Shown in pieces: positions 40,833 to 52,268 of a DNA stretch of 64,000 nucleotides (the stretch's first letter is position 1; each line of letters starts with the position of its first letter). Below the pieces are notes generated by a model. That model was not told where the DNA came from. It made no database searches and worked only from the letters and a program-made list of their open reading frames with translations. The DNA is taken from positions 448,001-512,000 of the forward strand of contig OY970320.1 in assembly GCA_963716745.1 (NCBI GenBank). The letters are read 5' to 3'. The position numbers and the translations under genes are program-made. This stretch comes from an uncultured Gemmatimonadaceae bacterium (GTDB lineage: Bacteria; Gemmatimonadota; Gemmatimonadetes; Gemmatimonadales; Gemmatimonadaceae).

Positions 40833-42614
40833 CTAATCGTCTATAGAGTCCATCGCATCCGCCGGCACTTCCACGATCGCTTCCTCGGATTCCATCGGGA
40901 TCACCTTCGAGGGCGTTTCGGGGCGCGGCGGCTGGTCTTCGGGAACGTTCGTGACGGCGAGCACGATGCGGCGGTGGATCGGGTCCACCTCGAGGATGCG
41001 GAGGTCGAGATTCATCGTCTCGTACACCGCGTCCGCCGGATTCGTGACGGGCTTGCCGACGCTCAGTTGCGAGATCGGCACGAAGCCCTCGATATCGTTG
41101 CCGATATCGACGACGACGCCCTTGTCCATCAAGCGCACGACCTTGCCCGGCAGATCGGTGCCCACCGGGTACGTCTCGCCGATCTTGAGCCACGGATCCT
41201 CGACCGCCTGCTTGAGGCCGAGCGAGATCCGCTTGTTGTCCGCGTCGATGTTCAGGATCACGACATCCACCGCGTCGCCCTTCTTCACGACTTCCGACGG
41301 GTGCTGCACACGCTTGGTCCAGCTCATGTCGGAGATGTGAATCAGTCCGTCGATGCCGGGCTCGATCTCCACGAACGCGCCGAACGACGTGAGGTTGCGC
41401 ACTTTGCCGTTGAGGCGCGTGCCCACCGGGTACTTGTACGGCAGCACGACCCACGGATCCTGCTCGGTCTGCTTCATGCCGAGCGAGATCTTCTCCTCGT
41501 TCGGATCGACCTTGAGCACCACCGCCTCGATCACTTCACCGATCGACACGAGCTTGCTCGGGTGGCGCACATTGCGCGTCCAGCTCATCTCGCTGATGTG
41601 CACGAGGCCCTCGATGCCGGGCTCGAGCTCGATGAACGCGCCGTAGTTCGTGATCGATACGACCTTGCCCTGCACGCGCGTACCCACCGGGTACTTGTCC
41701 GCGACGTCCTTCCACGGATAGCTCTGCAGCTGCTTGAGCCCGAGCGAGATGCGCTCGCGCTCCCAATCGATGTCGAGGATCTTCACCTCGAGCTCGGCGC
41801 CGATCTGCACCATTTCCGACGGGTGCGAGATGCGACCCCACGACATGTCGGTGATGTGGAGAAGACCATCCACGCCGCCGAGGTCGATGAAGGCGCCGAA
41901 GTCCGTGATGTTCTTCACGACGCCCTTCCGGATCTGGTCCTTCTGGAGCTCCTTCATGAGCCGCTCGCGCTTGCCCGCGCGCTCGACTTCCAGGATCACG
42001 CGGCGCGAAACGACGATGTTCCGGCGGCGCTTGTTGAGCTTGATGATCTTGAACTCGTACTTCTGGCCGAGGAGCTCGTCGATGTTCGGCACGCGGCGGA
42101 GCGCGATCTGCGAACCGGGCAGGAACGCGTCCACGCCCATGAGGTCGACGACAACGCCGCCCTTGATCTTCTTGACGAGCGTGCCTTCCACCGGCTGATC
42201 CGACTCGTACGCCATGCGGATCTTCTCCCACACGCGCATGAAGTCGGCTTTCTTCTTGGAGAGGACGACCGAGCCTTCGTTGTCCTCGAGATGCTCGAGC
42301 AGGACCTCGACTTCGTCACCGGGCTTGAGGTCGGGGAAGTCCTTGAACTCCTCCAACGGCACAGCGCCCTCGGACTTGAAGCCGATGTCGAGGATGACCA
42401 TGTTGTCGCGGATCTCCAGGACCGTGCTCTTGACGATCTCGCCTTCGTCGATCGAGGCGAGGGTCCCGGCGTACAGTTCGATCATCGCCGCTTCTTCGTC
42501 GGCGGAATACTCGTCGTCGTCCCAGCGATTGTCGCCGTGCGCGAGCAGGCGGAGCTGCCCCTTCATGGGGTCTTTGCGCGGGGTGTCGATCGTGTTCTCT
42601 TCGAGTTCGGGCAT
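40833..42614 (-). CDS. rpsA: 30S ribosomal protein S1
   Basis: Repeated S1 domains (DFGAFIDLGGVDGLLHITDMSW etc.); lies downstream of cmk. Confidence 0.98.
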   Translation of the reverse strand: MPELEENTIDTPRKDPMKGQLRLLAHGDNRWDDDEYSADEEAAMIELYAGTLASIDEGEIVKSTVLEIRDNMVILDIGFKSEGAVPLEEFKDFPDLKPGDEVEVLLEHLEDNEGSVVLSKKKADFMRVWEKIRMAYESDQPVEGTLVKKIKGGVVVDLMGVDAFLPGSQIALRRVPNIDELLGQKYEFKIIKLNKRRRNIVVSRRVILEVERAGKRERLMKELQKDQIRKGVVKNITDFGAFIDLGGVDGLLHITDMSWGRISHPSEMVQIGAELEVKILDIDWERERISLGLKQLQSYPWKDVADKYPVGTRVQGKVVSITNYGAFIELEPGIEGLVHISEMSWTRNVRHPSKLVSIGEVIEAVVLKVDPNEEKISLGMKQTEQDPWVVLPYKYPVGTRLNGKVRNLTSFGAFVEIEPGIDGLIHISDMSWTKRVQHPSEVVKKGDAVDVVILNIDADNKRISLGLKQAVEDPWLKIGETYPVGTDLPGKVVRLMDKGVVVDIGNDIEGFVPISQLSVGKPVTNPADAVYETMNLDLRILEVDPIHRRIVLAVTNVPEDQPPRPETPSKVIPMESEEAIVEVPADAMDSIDD

Positions 42615-42710
42615 GAAGTACGGTTCTCCAGATCGCGGATTTTTTCCTTCGCCGCGCCGAGGATGGGGTGAATTCCTGCTTCGTCGGACGACGGAGCGGG
42701 AGAGCCGTTA

Positions 42711-42739
42711 AAGGTAAGGGACGCCTGCGATTACTGCAA
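42711..42739 (-). promoter_or_regulatory. sigma70 promoter of rpsA
   Basis: TTGCAG-N17-TACCTT. Confidence 0.6.
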
Positions 42740-42766
42740 CGGGCGTGAGTCGTGAGTCGTGCGTCA

Positions 42767-43630
42767 TCAACGATTCCCGACTCCCAACTCCCGAGTAGTC
42801 GCCCGCACCACGTGGCCGCCGCGGTCGCTCGACGGCGCCTCGCGCTCCGGGAAGAAGCGATCTCGCATCTTCATGGGGCCCAGGTCGTCGATCGCGAGGA
42901 ATCCCATTGCGCGCAGCTTTGCGTGCAGCGCGTTCGTCTCGAAGTAGCTCTTGAGACTCTCGCCCAGCGCGGCGACTCTCGCCGCGAGCGCTTCGTGACG
43001 CGCCGCGTACTCGGTGCCCGCTTCGCCGGGCGGATTGCCATAGTCGAACACGACCTCGGCGCCGCCGGGCAGCGACGCAATGTACTTCAGCGTCGTGTCG
43101 ACGGCGGCCTCGGTGAGGTACGGCACGACACCGAGCCACGTGAAGAAAGCGGGCCGCGCCCGATCGAAGCCATGAGCGGCCAGCGCGTCGCCCAGTGTCT
43201 CCCGCTCGAAATCGATCGGCACGAAAGTGAGAGACGACGGGATCGCGATCCCGGCCGCGGCGAGTTGCTCGCGCTTCCACTGCTGCGTGGCCGCGTAGTC
43301 CACCTCGAATACGCGCATCGGCGAACCGGCGGGCGCCCGGTACGCGTACGTATCGAGGCCGGCGCCAAGCACCACGAGCTGCCGCACGCCGCGCGCGATC
43401 GCGGCCGCGAGCGCATCCTCCGCGAAGCGCGTGCGGATGGCGATGTAGGTGCGCATGCCGCGCCGCTCGGGCTCGTCCCTCGCCTTTTGGATGAGAGCGT
43501 CGGCGTATTGGCCGAGGATCCGCACGGCGAGCGGATCGGAGAAGATCCGGCCGCCCTCGAGCACCTGATGCGCGGCGCGATGCCCCGCGGCGCCGAGCGC
43601 GGTGCGGCTCGCCTGCCCGGGCTCGACCAC
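42767..43630 (-). CDS. SAM-dependent methyltransferase (leucine carboxyl methyltransferase-like family)
   Basis: SRTALGAAGHRA, RTRFAED, QLVVLGAGLDT, FEVD, WLGVVPYL. Confidence 0.9.
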   Translation of the reverse strand: MVEPGQASRTALGAAGHRAAHQVLEGGRIFSDPLAVRILGQYADALIQKARDEPERRGMRTYIAIRTRFAEDALAAAIARGVRQLVVLGAGLDTYAYRAPAGSPMRVFEVDYAATQQWKREQLAAAGIAIPSSLTFVPIDFERETLGDALAAHGFDRARPAFFTWLGVVPYLTEAAVDTTLKYIASLPGGAEVVFDYGNPPGEAGTEYAARHEALAARVAALGESLKSYFETNALHAKLRAMGFLAIDDLGPMKMRDRFFPEREAPSSDRGGHVVRATTRELGVGNR

Positions 43631-44337
43631 TAGCGCCCGCGCACGGCCCGCGCGAAGGCCACGATGCGCGAGACCTGTTCCTCCTGCGTGAGGTACGTCG
43701 TGTCGATCATCATCGCTTTCGCCGCCGGCACGGACTGTGCGGCGTCGCGCGCGTCGCGCTGCACGAGCCGCTCGGTCTCCTCCGCGATCTCGGCGTCGTG
43801 CGGCGCGCGGCGCAGGCGCTGCATGAGGCGGCGCCGCGCGCGCTCCCACGGATCGGCGACGAGGTAGATCTTCGCGTCGGCATTCGGAAAGACCGTCGTG
43901 CCGATGTCGCGTCCGTCCACGACCACGTCACGTTCGTCCGCGGCGTCGCGCACGCGCGCGTTCACCCAGTCGCGCACGCGCATCATGCGCGCCACTTCGG
44001 ACACGTGCTGCGTCACGCCCGCTCCGCGGATCGCCTCCTCCATCGAGTGCCCGTCGCGCACCGGCACGTACGAACGGCCGGCCGGCGCGAGCGTGATCCC
44101 GGCCGCCGCGCGCAGCACATCGTTCTCGGTGAGCGGCGCACCGGGCGCGGCCTCGAGCGCCGCGGCGGTCGCGGCGCGGTAGAGCGAGCCCGAATCGATG
44201 TGGAGGAAGCCGAGCTCGTTCGCGACCCACTGCGCGGTGGAACTCTTTCCCGACGCGGCAGGTCCGTCGATCGCGACGACGAACGGCGCACCGGGCGCGC
44301 GCACGCGCGGCGAGAACGGCGGCGTGGGCGACGTCAT
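43630..44337 (-). CDS. cmk: Cytidylate kinase
   Basis: AIDGPAASGKSS, DSGSLYRA, DGRDIGTTVFP. Confidence 0.96.
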   Translation of the reverse strand: MTSPTPPFSPRVRAPGAPFVVAIDGPAASGKSSTAQWVANELGFLHIDSGSLYRAATAAALEAAPGAPLTENDVLRAAAGITLAPAGRSYVPVRDGHSMEEAIRGAGVTQHVSEVARMMRVRDWVNARVRDAADERDVVVDGRDIGTTVFPNADAKIYLVADPWERARRRLMQRLRRAPHDAEIAEETERLVQRDARDAAQSVPAAKAMMIDTTYLTQEEQVSRIVAFARAVRGR

Positions 44338-45593
44338 GCGGTGATCGCCGCGCGCATGTCTTCCCAGAACGACGGGTACGAGACGGCCACGCAGTCGCGG
44401 TCATCGATCGTGATCGTGCTCTCGGGCAGCGCGGCGAGCACGCCGAACGCCATTGCGATGCGATGATCGCCGTGCGTGATCACGGCGCCGGAGAGCGGCG
44501 CGCCGGAGCCAGTCACGGTCATCCCATCCGGCCGCTCCTCTGCCGCAATGCCGATCGCGCGCAGGTTCGAGACGACGGCGCTGATCCGGTCGCTCTCCTT
44601 CGCGCGCAACTCCGCGGCGCCGGTGATCACGGTCACGCCGCTCGCGCGCGCGGCCACGCAGGCGAGGAGCGGCAGCTCGTCGATCATACACGGCACCGTG
44701 TCGCCGCCCACTTCCACCGCGTGCAGTCCCGACGGCCACGCGAAGATGGACCCGATGTCCTCCCCGCCCTGCGGCGCGCTCACGTGGAAATCGATGTGCG
44801 CGCCCATTTGCTGCAGCGCCCGGTAGAATCCGATGCGCGTGGGATTGAGGCACACGTCGGCGACCGAGAGCGCGCCGCCGCCGGCGAGCACGGCGAGCGC
44901 CGTCATGTACGCGGCCGACGATGGATCGCCCGGCACGCGGAGATCGAACGGCGCGAGCCGAGCCACGGGCTCGAGGCGCACGACATCGCCCACGACATCC
45001 ACGTCCACGCCCGTGGCGCGCAGCAATCGCTCGGTGTGGTCGCGCGAACGGCCGGGCTCGCGCAGCACCACCGGCACGCCGGCCACGAGACCCGCGAGCA
45101 GCACCGCGCTCTTCGCCTGCGCGCTCGCGGTCTCGGTCTCCCACTTGAGCGCTCTGAGCGCGCCGCCCTGCACGGTCATTGGGAGATGCTCGCCGTCCTC
45201 GAACGTCACGCGCGCGCCCATCGCTTCGAGCGGCCGCGCGACGCGCGCCATTGGACGGCGGCTCAGGCTCTCGTCGCCGGTGAATCGCGCACGGAACGAT
45301 TGGCCGGCCACGACGCCCGCCATCAGTCGCGCGGTGGTGCCGCTGTTCCCGCAATCGAGATCGCGCGCCGGCGCCGTGAGCCCGCGGCGCCCTCGCCCCA
45401 CGATCGCGATGTCCGCGCCGAGCGGCGGCACCGCCACGCCGAGCGAGCGCAGAACGCTCGCCGTGCTCTCGATGTCGGCGCTCTCGAGAATGCCGTGGAT
45501 GTGCGACTCGCCATCGGCGAGCGCGGCGAGGATGAGCGCGCGATGCGAGATGGACTTGTCGCCGGGCACGTGCACGATGCCGCCGACGATCAT
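44334..45593 (-). CDS. aroA: 3-phosphoshikimate 1-carboxyvinyltransferase
   Basis: PGDKSISHRA, DCGNSGTT, SAQAKSA, ELRAKESDRI, DHRIAM. Confidence 0.96.
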   Translation of the reverse strand: MIVGGIVHVPGDKSISHRALILAALADGESHIHGILESADIESTASVLRSLGVAVPPLGADIAIVGRGRRGLTAPARDLDCGNSGTTARLMAGVVAGQSFRARFTGDESLSRRPMARVARPLEAMGARVTFEDGEHLPMTVQGGALRALKWETETASAQAKSAVLLAGLVAGVPVVLREPGRSRDHTERLLRATGVDVDVVGDVVRLEPVARLAPFDLRVPGDPSSAAYMTALAVLAGGGALSVADVCLNPTRIGFYRALQQMGAHIDFHVSAPQGGEDIGSIFAWPSGLHAVEVGGDTVPCMIDELPLLACVAARASGVTVITGAAELRAKESDRISAVVSNLRAIGIAAEERPDGMTVTGSGAPLSGAVITHGDHRIAMAFGVLAALPESTITIDDRDCVAVSYPSFWEDMRAAITA

Positions 45594-46437
45594 GCGCCGC
45601 CTCCGGCGCGCCGGCGCCAGTCGCGCGCCGGCCTCCCAGAGTCGCCGCGATGCTTGCCGCATCGTGCGCGCGCAGCGCGCGCGCGGAGCTCGCCGAATCG
45701 CGCGATCCGAGCCCGCGAGCGCGCAGATCGAGATCCGCCGGCGCGACGGCGAGCAGCGGCGCCCACATCTCGAGCGGGCTCTCGGCAAGTCGCGCCGTGT
45801 CGCGCGCGCCGGGGCCCGCGGCCGACGGCTCGATGCCGCGCGCGTCCAGCGATCCCGCGAGCGCGGTCGGCGACGAGCTGCGGCAGATGGCTCACCCACG
45901 CCATGAGCCGGTCGTGCTCGTCGGCGGAGCGATAGTCGAAGCGCGCGGCGCCGGCGGCACGCCAGAGCGACTCGGCGGCGGCCCGCACGCGCTCGCTCGC
46001 GCGCGTCTCGATGCTCACCGCACAGCCCTTGAAGAGGTCGGCGCGCGACGCCGCGAATCCGCTGAGGTGCGAACCCGCGAGCGGATGCGTGCCGATCACG
46101 CGCAGGTTGAGCGACGGTGCGACTTTGAGTTCGAGCGCTTTGGAGCGCTGCAGACTGCCGGTGTGCAGCACCACCGCCTGCGGCGCGAGCACCATCGCGT
46201 CGGCCGCGATCGACGCCGATCTTGAGCTAACGGCACGGCGACCACGACCATCGACGCGCCTTGCAGCGCCGCGCGCAGGTCCGCGCTCACGGGGATACCG
46301 GCGGCGACTGCGAGATCGCGATCGGCGGCGGACTCACTCCACGCACGCACCGGTGTGCCCTGCGCCGTGAGTGCGCGCGCGAGCGAGCCGCCGATGCAGC
46401 CCAGTCCGACGATGGCGACCGGACCGGCGGACGTCAT
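45590..46437 (-). CDS. tyrA: Prephenate dehydrogenase (several frameshifts)
   Basis: IVGLGCIGGSLA, HPLAGS, HDRLMAWVSHLPQL and GPGARDTARLA pieces in different frames. Confidence 0.8.
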
Positions 46438-47280
46438 CGCAGCGCGCTCTCCAGCGCGGTGCCCGCGTTGGTGGACTCGTCGCGGTACTTCACGATCACC
46501 GGCGTCGCGAGCGAAAGGCCCTGGATCTGCTCCCCACCCTTGCCCGATGCGTCGCGCGCCGGGGACGACCACTGCACCCTCGGGGATCTCGAGCGGCCCG
46601 TCGCCCGCGCGGTAGATCTTCTCGTGCACGAGATCGTACACGGGCGTGCCGCGCGTGAGCAGCACGCCGGGCGCGAGCACCGCGCGGCGCCGCACCACCG
46701 TGCCCTCGTACACGCCGCAATTCCCGCCGATGAACGCGTCGTCTTCCACGACCACCGGCGCCGCATTCACCGGCTCGAGCACGCCGCCGATCTGCGCTGC
46801 CGCGCTCAAGTGCACGCGCTCGCCGATCTGCGCGCACGATCCCACGAGCGCATGCGAATCCACCATCGTGCCGGCGCCCACCCACGCGCCCGCGTTGATG
46901 TACATCGGCGGCATGCACACCACGCCGCGCGCGAGATGCGCGCCGCGCCGCACCGTGGAGCCGCCGGGCACGATGCGCACGCCATTCTCCAGCGGGATGT
47001 CCTGCGTCGGCAGCGTGTGCTTGTCGTAGAACTGGAAGGGCGAGCCCTCGATGGGCGACATATCGACGACGTCCCCCAACTTGAACGCGAGCAGGATCCC
47101 CTGCTTCACCCACGCGACGGCGTGCCACACGCCGTCGCGGTCGCGCTCGGCGGCGCGCACCTCGCCCCGCTCGAGTGCATCGAGCAGTTCGTCGATGGTG
47201 CGTTCCGCCTCGGCGGGCGGATGGTCGCCCGCGGCGACGATCGCCGTGATCGCGGCCTCGAGTTCCGGAGATCCGCTCAC
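46434..47280 (-). CDS. dapD: Tetrahydrodipicolinate N-succinyltransferase (frameshift near 46525)
   Basis: WVKQGILL, RIVPGG, VGSCAQIG, IGGVLEP, VIVKYRD. Confidence 0.92.
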
Positions 47281-48169
47281 GAGAGCGCTCCCGCCGTCAC
47301 GAGGGCCGCGCGCACCGCCGGCTCGTTCGACGCGAGCATCGGAACGAGAGGCAGCCGCACGATGTTCTGGAGTCGGCCCATCATCGCGAGCCCCGCCTTC
47401 ACTGGCAGCGGATTCGATTCCACGAACGCCGCGTGCATCCACGGCAGCAGCTTCTCGTGCGCCGCGCGCGCGGCGGCGTAATCGCCATCGCGCGCGTGCT
47501 CCACGAGCTGCGCCATCAATTTCGGCGTCGCGTTCGAGATCACCGAGATGATCCCATCGCCGCCGGCGGCCATCACGCGAGCGTGAGGCCATCGTCGCCC
47601 GAGAGCACGGAGAAATCGGCCGGGCGATCGCGCAGGATATCCTGGATCTGCCCGAGATTGCCGGACGCTTCCTTCACCGCGACGATGTGCGGGATCGCGG
47701 CGAGGGCGAGCGTGGTCTTCGCTTCGATGTTGCTCCCCGTGCGCCCGGGCACGTTGTAGACGATCACCGGGAGATCGGTCGCGCCGGCGATCGCCTTGTA
47801 GTGCTCGATGATCCCGCGCTGCGGCGGTTTGTTGTACATCGGGCTCACGTGCAACAGGTGCGTCGCGCCCGCCGCCTTCATCTCCTTCGACATCGCGATG
47901 GCGCGCTTCGTGTCATTGGCACCGGCGCCCGCCATGATCGGCACGCGGCCGCGCGCCTGCTCCACCGTGATCTCCACCACGCGCCGATGCTCGGCGGGTG
48001 TCATCGTCGCCGCCTCGCCCGTCGAGCCGCACGGCACGAGGAAATGGATCCCCTCGGCGATCTGCCAATCGACGAGCGCGCGCAGTGCCGCTTCGTCCAC
48101 CGCGCCATCCGCGCGGAACGGCGTAACGAGCGCCGTGCCGCAACCGAAGAGACGTTTGCCGGTCGTCAT
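47277..48169 (-). CDS. dapA: 4-hydroxy-tetrahydrodipicolinate synthase (frameshift near 47576)
   Basis: TALVTPF, GSTGE, YNVPGRTG, KEASG, SGDD / GIISVISN, SNPLPVK. Confidence 0.94.
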
Positions 48170-48855
48170 CGTTCCGCTCCCATGAGATCGCGCATGGTGA
48201 ACACGCCGTGCCGGCCCACGAGCCACGCCGCCGCGGTGAGCGCGCCCTCCGCGAAGACGCGGCGATCCCGCGCGACGTGCGTCAAGTGGATCTCCTCATG
48301 TTCGCCGTCGAACGTCAACTCGTGAACGCCCGTCACCGTTCCCGTGCGCACGCTCTCGATCGGTATCTCGCCGCCGAGCGCGGCGCCGACGGCGCGCGCG
48401 AGCGCCTTGGCCGTTCCGGAGGGCGCATCGACCTTGGACGTGTGGTGCGTCTCCACGATGCGCGCGCCGAATCCGTGCGCGCGGCTCGCGAGCTGCGCGA
48501 GGCGCTCCGCGACCTCGAGATAGATCGCGACGCCGAGCGCGAAGTTCGGCGACGCGAGCATCGCGCCATTCGCCGACCGCACCTCGCGCTCCACGCGCTC
48601 CCGCTCCGCGTCCCAACCGGTGGTGCCCACGACCACGGGCACGCCCGCGCGGGCGCACGCGATCGCGTTCGCCGGCGCCGCCGCCGGTGTCGTGAATTCG
48701 ATCGCGACATCGGCGCCGCCAAGACTCTCGCGCGTGATGGCCGCGTGCACGCGGCCGAGCACGGCCACCACCGGCCAGCCGCGCGCGGCGGCCGCCTCGT
48801 TCACGGCGCGCCCCATCTTGCCGTCGCCGATGATCGCCACCCTCGGCGCGGTCAC
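48166..48855 (-). CDS. dapB: 4-hydroxy-tetrahydrodipicolinate reductase
   Basis: GKMG, VGTTGW, ETHHTSKVDAPSGTA, FAEGA. Confidence 0.94.
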   Translation of the reverse strand: MTAPRVAIIGDGKMGRAVNEAAAARGWPVVAVLGRVHAAITRESLGGADVAIEFTTPAAAPANAIACARAGVPVVVGTTGWDAERERVEREVRSANGAMLASPNFALGVAIYLEVAERLAQLASRAHGFGARIVETHHTSKVDAPSGTAKALARAVGAALGGEIPIESVRTGTVTGVHELTFDGEHEEIHLTHVARDRRVFAEGALTAAAWLVGRHGVFTMRDLMGAER

Positions 48856-50210
48856 GCGCCCTTCTCCGCGCCGAAGAATTCCGCGTGCAGCGCGCGCATC
48901 GCGTTCTCCATCGCGGCGGCGTCCACCACGAGCGTGAGATTGATCCCCGTGGCGCTCAGCGAGATCATGTGCACCGCCGTGCCGCCGAGCGCCCCGAGCG
49001 CGCGCGCCATGGTCGTCGCGCCGTCGCCCATCCCCGCGCCCACGATCGCGACGATCGCGCGCGAGCGCTCGAGCGCCACGTCGCCGAGCGCGCGCAGCTC
49101 CACGAGGATCTCGTCGAGGCGCGAGGCGTCGTCCGTGGTCACCGACACCGAGACCTCGGACGTCGCGACGACATCCACCGCCGTGCGATGCCGCTCGAAC
49201 ACTTCGAAGATGGTGCGCACGACGCCCGTGGCGAAGAGCATGCGCGGCGTGCGCACCTTGATGATCGACACGCCCGGCTTGCCGGCGATGGCCGTCACCG
49301 CGCGCCGCGGCGCCTCGGCGGTGATGCGCGTGCCCTTCCCCTCGGGGCGACGCGCGTTCAGCACGAACACGGGGATGCCGCGCTGCACGGCGGGTGCGAT
49401 CGTGCTCGGGTGCAGCACCTTCGCGCCGAACGCGGCGAGCTCGGCCGCCTCGTCGAAACGGATCTCTTCGATGAGCCGCGCGCCGCGCACCACGCGAGGG
49501 TCGGCGCTCAGCATGCCGTCTACATCGGTCCAGATCTCGATCGCGTCGGCGCCGATCGCGGCGCCGAGGAGCGCCGCGGTGTAGTCGCCGCCGCCGCGCC
49601 CGATCGTCGTGGTCACACCGGCGGGGCTGCGGCCGATGAAGCCGCCGAGCACCGGGATGCGCGACTCCCGCACGACCGGCAGGATCACATCGCGCGCCTG
49701 GCGCGCGATATCGTCCACTCGCGGCACCGCGCGCGTATGATGGTCGTCCGTCGCCATCACCGTGCGCGCGTCCACGAGATCGGCGGCGAGTCCGCGCTCG
49801 CGGAACGCCGCGTGCACGAGCGTGCTGCTGAGCAATTCGCCCTGCGCCGCGATGGCGTCGAGACTCCGCGGCGTGAGGTCACCGAGCACGCTCAGCGCCT
49901 CCGCGAGATGCGCGACTTCGTCGCACATGGCGCTCAGTTCCGCGCCGGTCTCGCGCGCGGACGCCTTACCGAGAAGCGCCTCGCATTCGTGCAGATGTCG
50001 CGCGCGCAACTCCTCGACGCCGGACAGCGCGACGATGAGCTGGCCGCGCGCCGCCTGCTCCGCGATCGCGAGGAGCGCGTTGGTCGTGCCGCCGAGCGCG
50101 GAGACGACGACCACCGGCGCGCGACTGGCGCGGGACCGCGTGATCGCGGCGGCGCGATCGATGGCCGACGCATCCTGTACCGACGTGCCGCCGAACTTGA
50201 GGACGATCAC
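48852..50210 (-). CDS. lysC: Aspartate kinase
   Basis: VLKFGGTSV, TTIGRGGGDY, WTDVDG, FGAKVLHP, ACT domains. Confidence 0.95.
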   Translation of the reverse strand: MIVLKFGGTSVQDASAIDRAAAITRSRASRAPVVVVSALGGTTNALLAIAEQAARGQLIVALSGVEELRARHLHECEALLGKASARETGAELSAMCDEVAHLAEALSVLGDLTPRSLDAIAAQGELLSSTLVHAAFRERGLAADLVDARTVMATDDHHTRAVPRVDDIARQARDVILPVVRESRIPVLGGFIGRSPAGVTTTIGRGGGDYTAALLGAAIGADAIEIWTDVDGMLSADPRVVRGARLIEEIRFDEAAELAAFGAKVLHPSTIAPAVQRGIPVFVLNARRPEGKGTRITAEAPRRAVTAIAGKPGVSIIKVRTPRMLFATGVVRTIFEVFERHRTAVDVVATSEVSVSVTTDDASRLDEILVELRALGDVALERSRAIVAIVGAGMGDGATTMARALGALGGTAVHMISLSATGINLTLVVDAAAMENAMRALHAEFFGAEKGA

Positions 50211-51276
50211 GCGCGCACGATCCCGCGCGCCACGGCAAGCTCGGCGTTCAGCACCGAGGCGCCCGCCGCGCCGCGCTGGATGTTGTGGCCGAGCGCAACG
50301 AGCCGCAGGTCGAGTATCGGATCGCGGCGCACGCGGCCCACGGTGACCGTCATGCCATTGCCCGCGTTCACATCGTGCTTGTGTTGGGGACGCGCATCGT
50401 CGCGCGTAACAACGACCGGTCGCGCCGGCGAACTCGGCAGGCCGAGCGAATGCACTTCGCCCTTCCACTGCTCGAGCGCAGCGATCGCGTCGTCCGCGGA
50501 GCGCACGCTTGGCGAGCTTCACCGCGAGCACCGTCATGTGACCGTGCTCGACGGGCACGCGCGTGACCTGCGCGCTCATGGCGATCGGTGCCGCGGCGAC
50601 CGTGCCATTCGCGAAGTTCCCGAGCATCTTCGGCGTCTCCGACTCGATCTTCTCTTCTTCGCCGCCGCCGATGAACGGGATGACGTTGCCGAGGATGTCG
50701 AGCGAGGGAACGCCCGGATATCCCGCGCCCGACACCGCCTGCAGCGTGGTGACGAAGCACTGCGTGACGCCGAACGCGCGATGCAACGGTGCGAGCGCCA
50801 TCGCGACCACGGAGGCCGCGCAATTCGGATTCGTGATGATCGCGCCGCTCCACTTCCGTTGTTTCCGCTGCGCGTCGAGCAGGCCCAAGTGGTCGGGGTT
50901 GATCTCCGGAATGAGCAACGGCACATCCGGCTCCATGCGGAAATTGCGCGCATTGCTCAGCACCACCCGGCCCGCGCGGGCGAAGGCCGATTCCACATCG
51001 CCGGCGATGGTCGAGTCCAGCGCCGAGAACACGAGCGGCGCGCGCACGACCGCCGGATCGCACGCGAGCACCTCGAGCCGCGCGGCGTTCGCGCGGGAGT
51101 TCGCCGGCCAGCCAGCGAGCGGCCGCGCCGTACGGCTTGCCCGACGACCGCTCGGACGCGGCGAGTTCCGCGAGCTCGAACCACGGATGCGCCGCGAGCA
51201 GCCGCACGAAGGCTTGCCCCACCGCGCCCGTCGCGCCGAGCACGGCCACGGGGATCTTGCGGGCGGGCGCGTTCAC
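50207..51276 (-). CDS. asd: Aspartate-semialdehyde dehydrogenase (frameshifts near 51090 and 50500)
   Basis: [43 protein letters not shown]. Confidence 0.93.
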
Positions 51277-52268
51277 GGGGCGAGCAGGGTGCGCACGATC
51301 TTCACGTACGCATCCACCGCGGCGCGCAATTCACGCACGTCGATGAATTCGTCCGGCGTATGCGCCACATGGATCGAGCCGGGACCGAACATCAGCGGCG
51401 TTCCCCACCGCCCGAGCAGCGGGATGTCGCTCGTATACGCGACCGGCGCCGAGGGGAAATCCGGGATCGTGTGGAATTTCTGCGCGGGAATGAACGAGCC
51501 GTACTCGATCTCGGCCTTTCCCGCGGCCCATTCCTCGAGTTTGCGTTTCACGTCGTGCACGTCGCCCACGAGGCGGAACATGAGCTCCACTTCGGCGCGA
51601 TCGGGGATGATGTTCGCCTCGGTGCCGCCGTGGATCGTGCCGATGTTCACCGTCGTCGCGCCGAGCACGCTGTCGGTGGGCAGATCGATGCGCTTGAGCG
51701 TGGGCAGCAGATCGAGCATCGGCTCGATCGCCGACTGTCCGAGCTCCGGATACGCCGAGTGCGCGGCGCGGCCCTTCGTGCGGAGCGTCGCGCGCAGCGA
51801 ACCTTTCGCGCCGCTCGCGAGCCGGCTCTCGGTGGGCTCGCCGTTCACGAGGAAGCGGCTCGTGGCGGGCAAGTGATTCGCCGCGCGCGCGCCGTCCGAT
51901 CCCTTCTCCTCGCCCACGACGAGCAGAAGGTCCACGCGCTCTTCGCCCTCGGTGGCGAGGCGGTCGGCCGCGGCCAACATTGCGGCGGCGATCCCTTTCG
52001 CGTCGCACGCGCCGCGACCCTTGAGCTGATTGCCGTCGAGCACCGGGCGAATGAAGGGCGGCACGGTGTCGAGGTGCGTGGAGAGCGCGACGCCGCCGCC
52101 ACTACGCGTCGCCCACACGTTGCCGCGTCCCTTCGAGACCTCCTGCACGTGCACATTCCACCCGCGAGCGACGAGCCAGCGCGTCACGAAATCGACGGCG
52201 GGACCCTCGGCGCCGGTGGGCGACTCGAGCGCGATCAGCTCGGCGGCGAGCGCGACGACATCGGTCAT
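51273..52268 (-). CDS. M20 family metallo-amidohydrolase (ArgE/DapE-like)
   Basis: [28 protein letters not shown]; first gene of the lysine cluster. Confidence 0.88.
   Translation of the reverse strand: MTDVVALAAELIALESPTGAEGPAVDFVTRWLVARGWNVHVQEVSKGRGNVWATRSGGGVALSTHLDTVPPFIRPVLDGNQLKGRGACDAKGIAAAMLAAADRLATEGEERVDLLLVVGEEKGSDGARAANHLPATSRFLVNGEPTESRLASGAKGSLRATLRTKGRAAHSAYPELGQSAIEPMLDLLPTLKRIDLPTDSVLGATTVNIGTIHGGTEANIIPDRAEVELMFRLVGDVHDVKRKLEEWAAGKAEIEYGSFIPAQKFHTIPDFPSAPVAYTSDIPLLGRWGTPLMFGPGSIHVAHTPDEFIDVRELRAAVDAYVKIVRTLLAP

Noticed and set aside
48852..51071. Apparent Asd-LysC fusion ORF (739 aa)
   Set aside because: Created by the asd frameshift near 50500. The asd C-terminus is in another frame, and lysC has its own GTG overlapping the asd stop.
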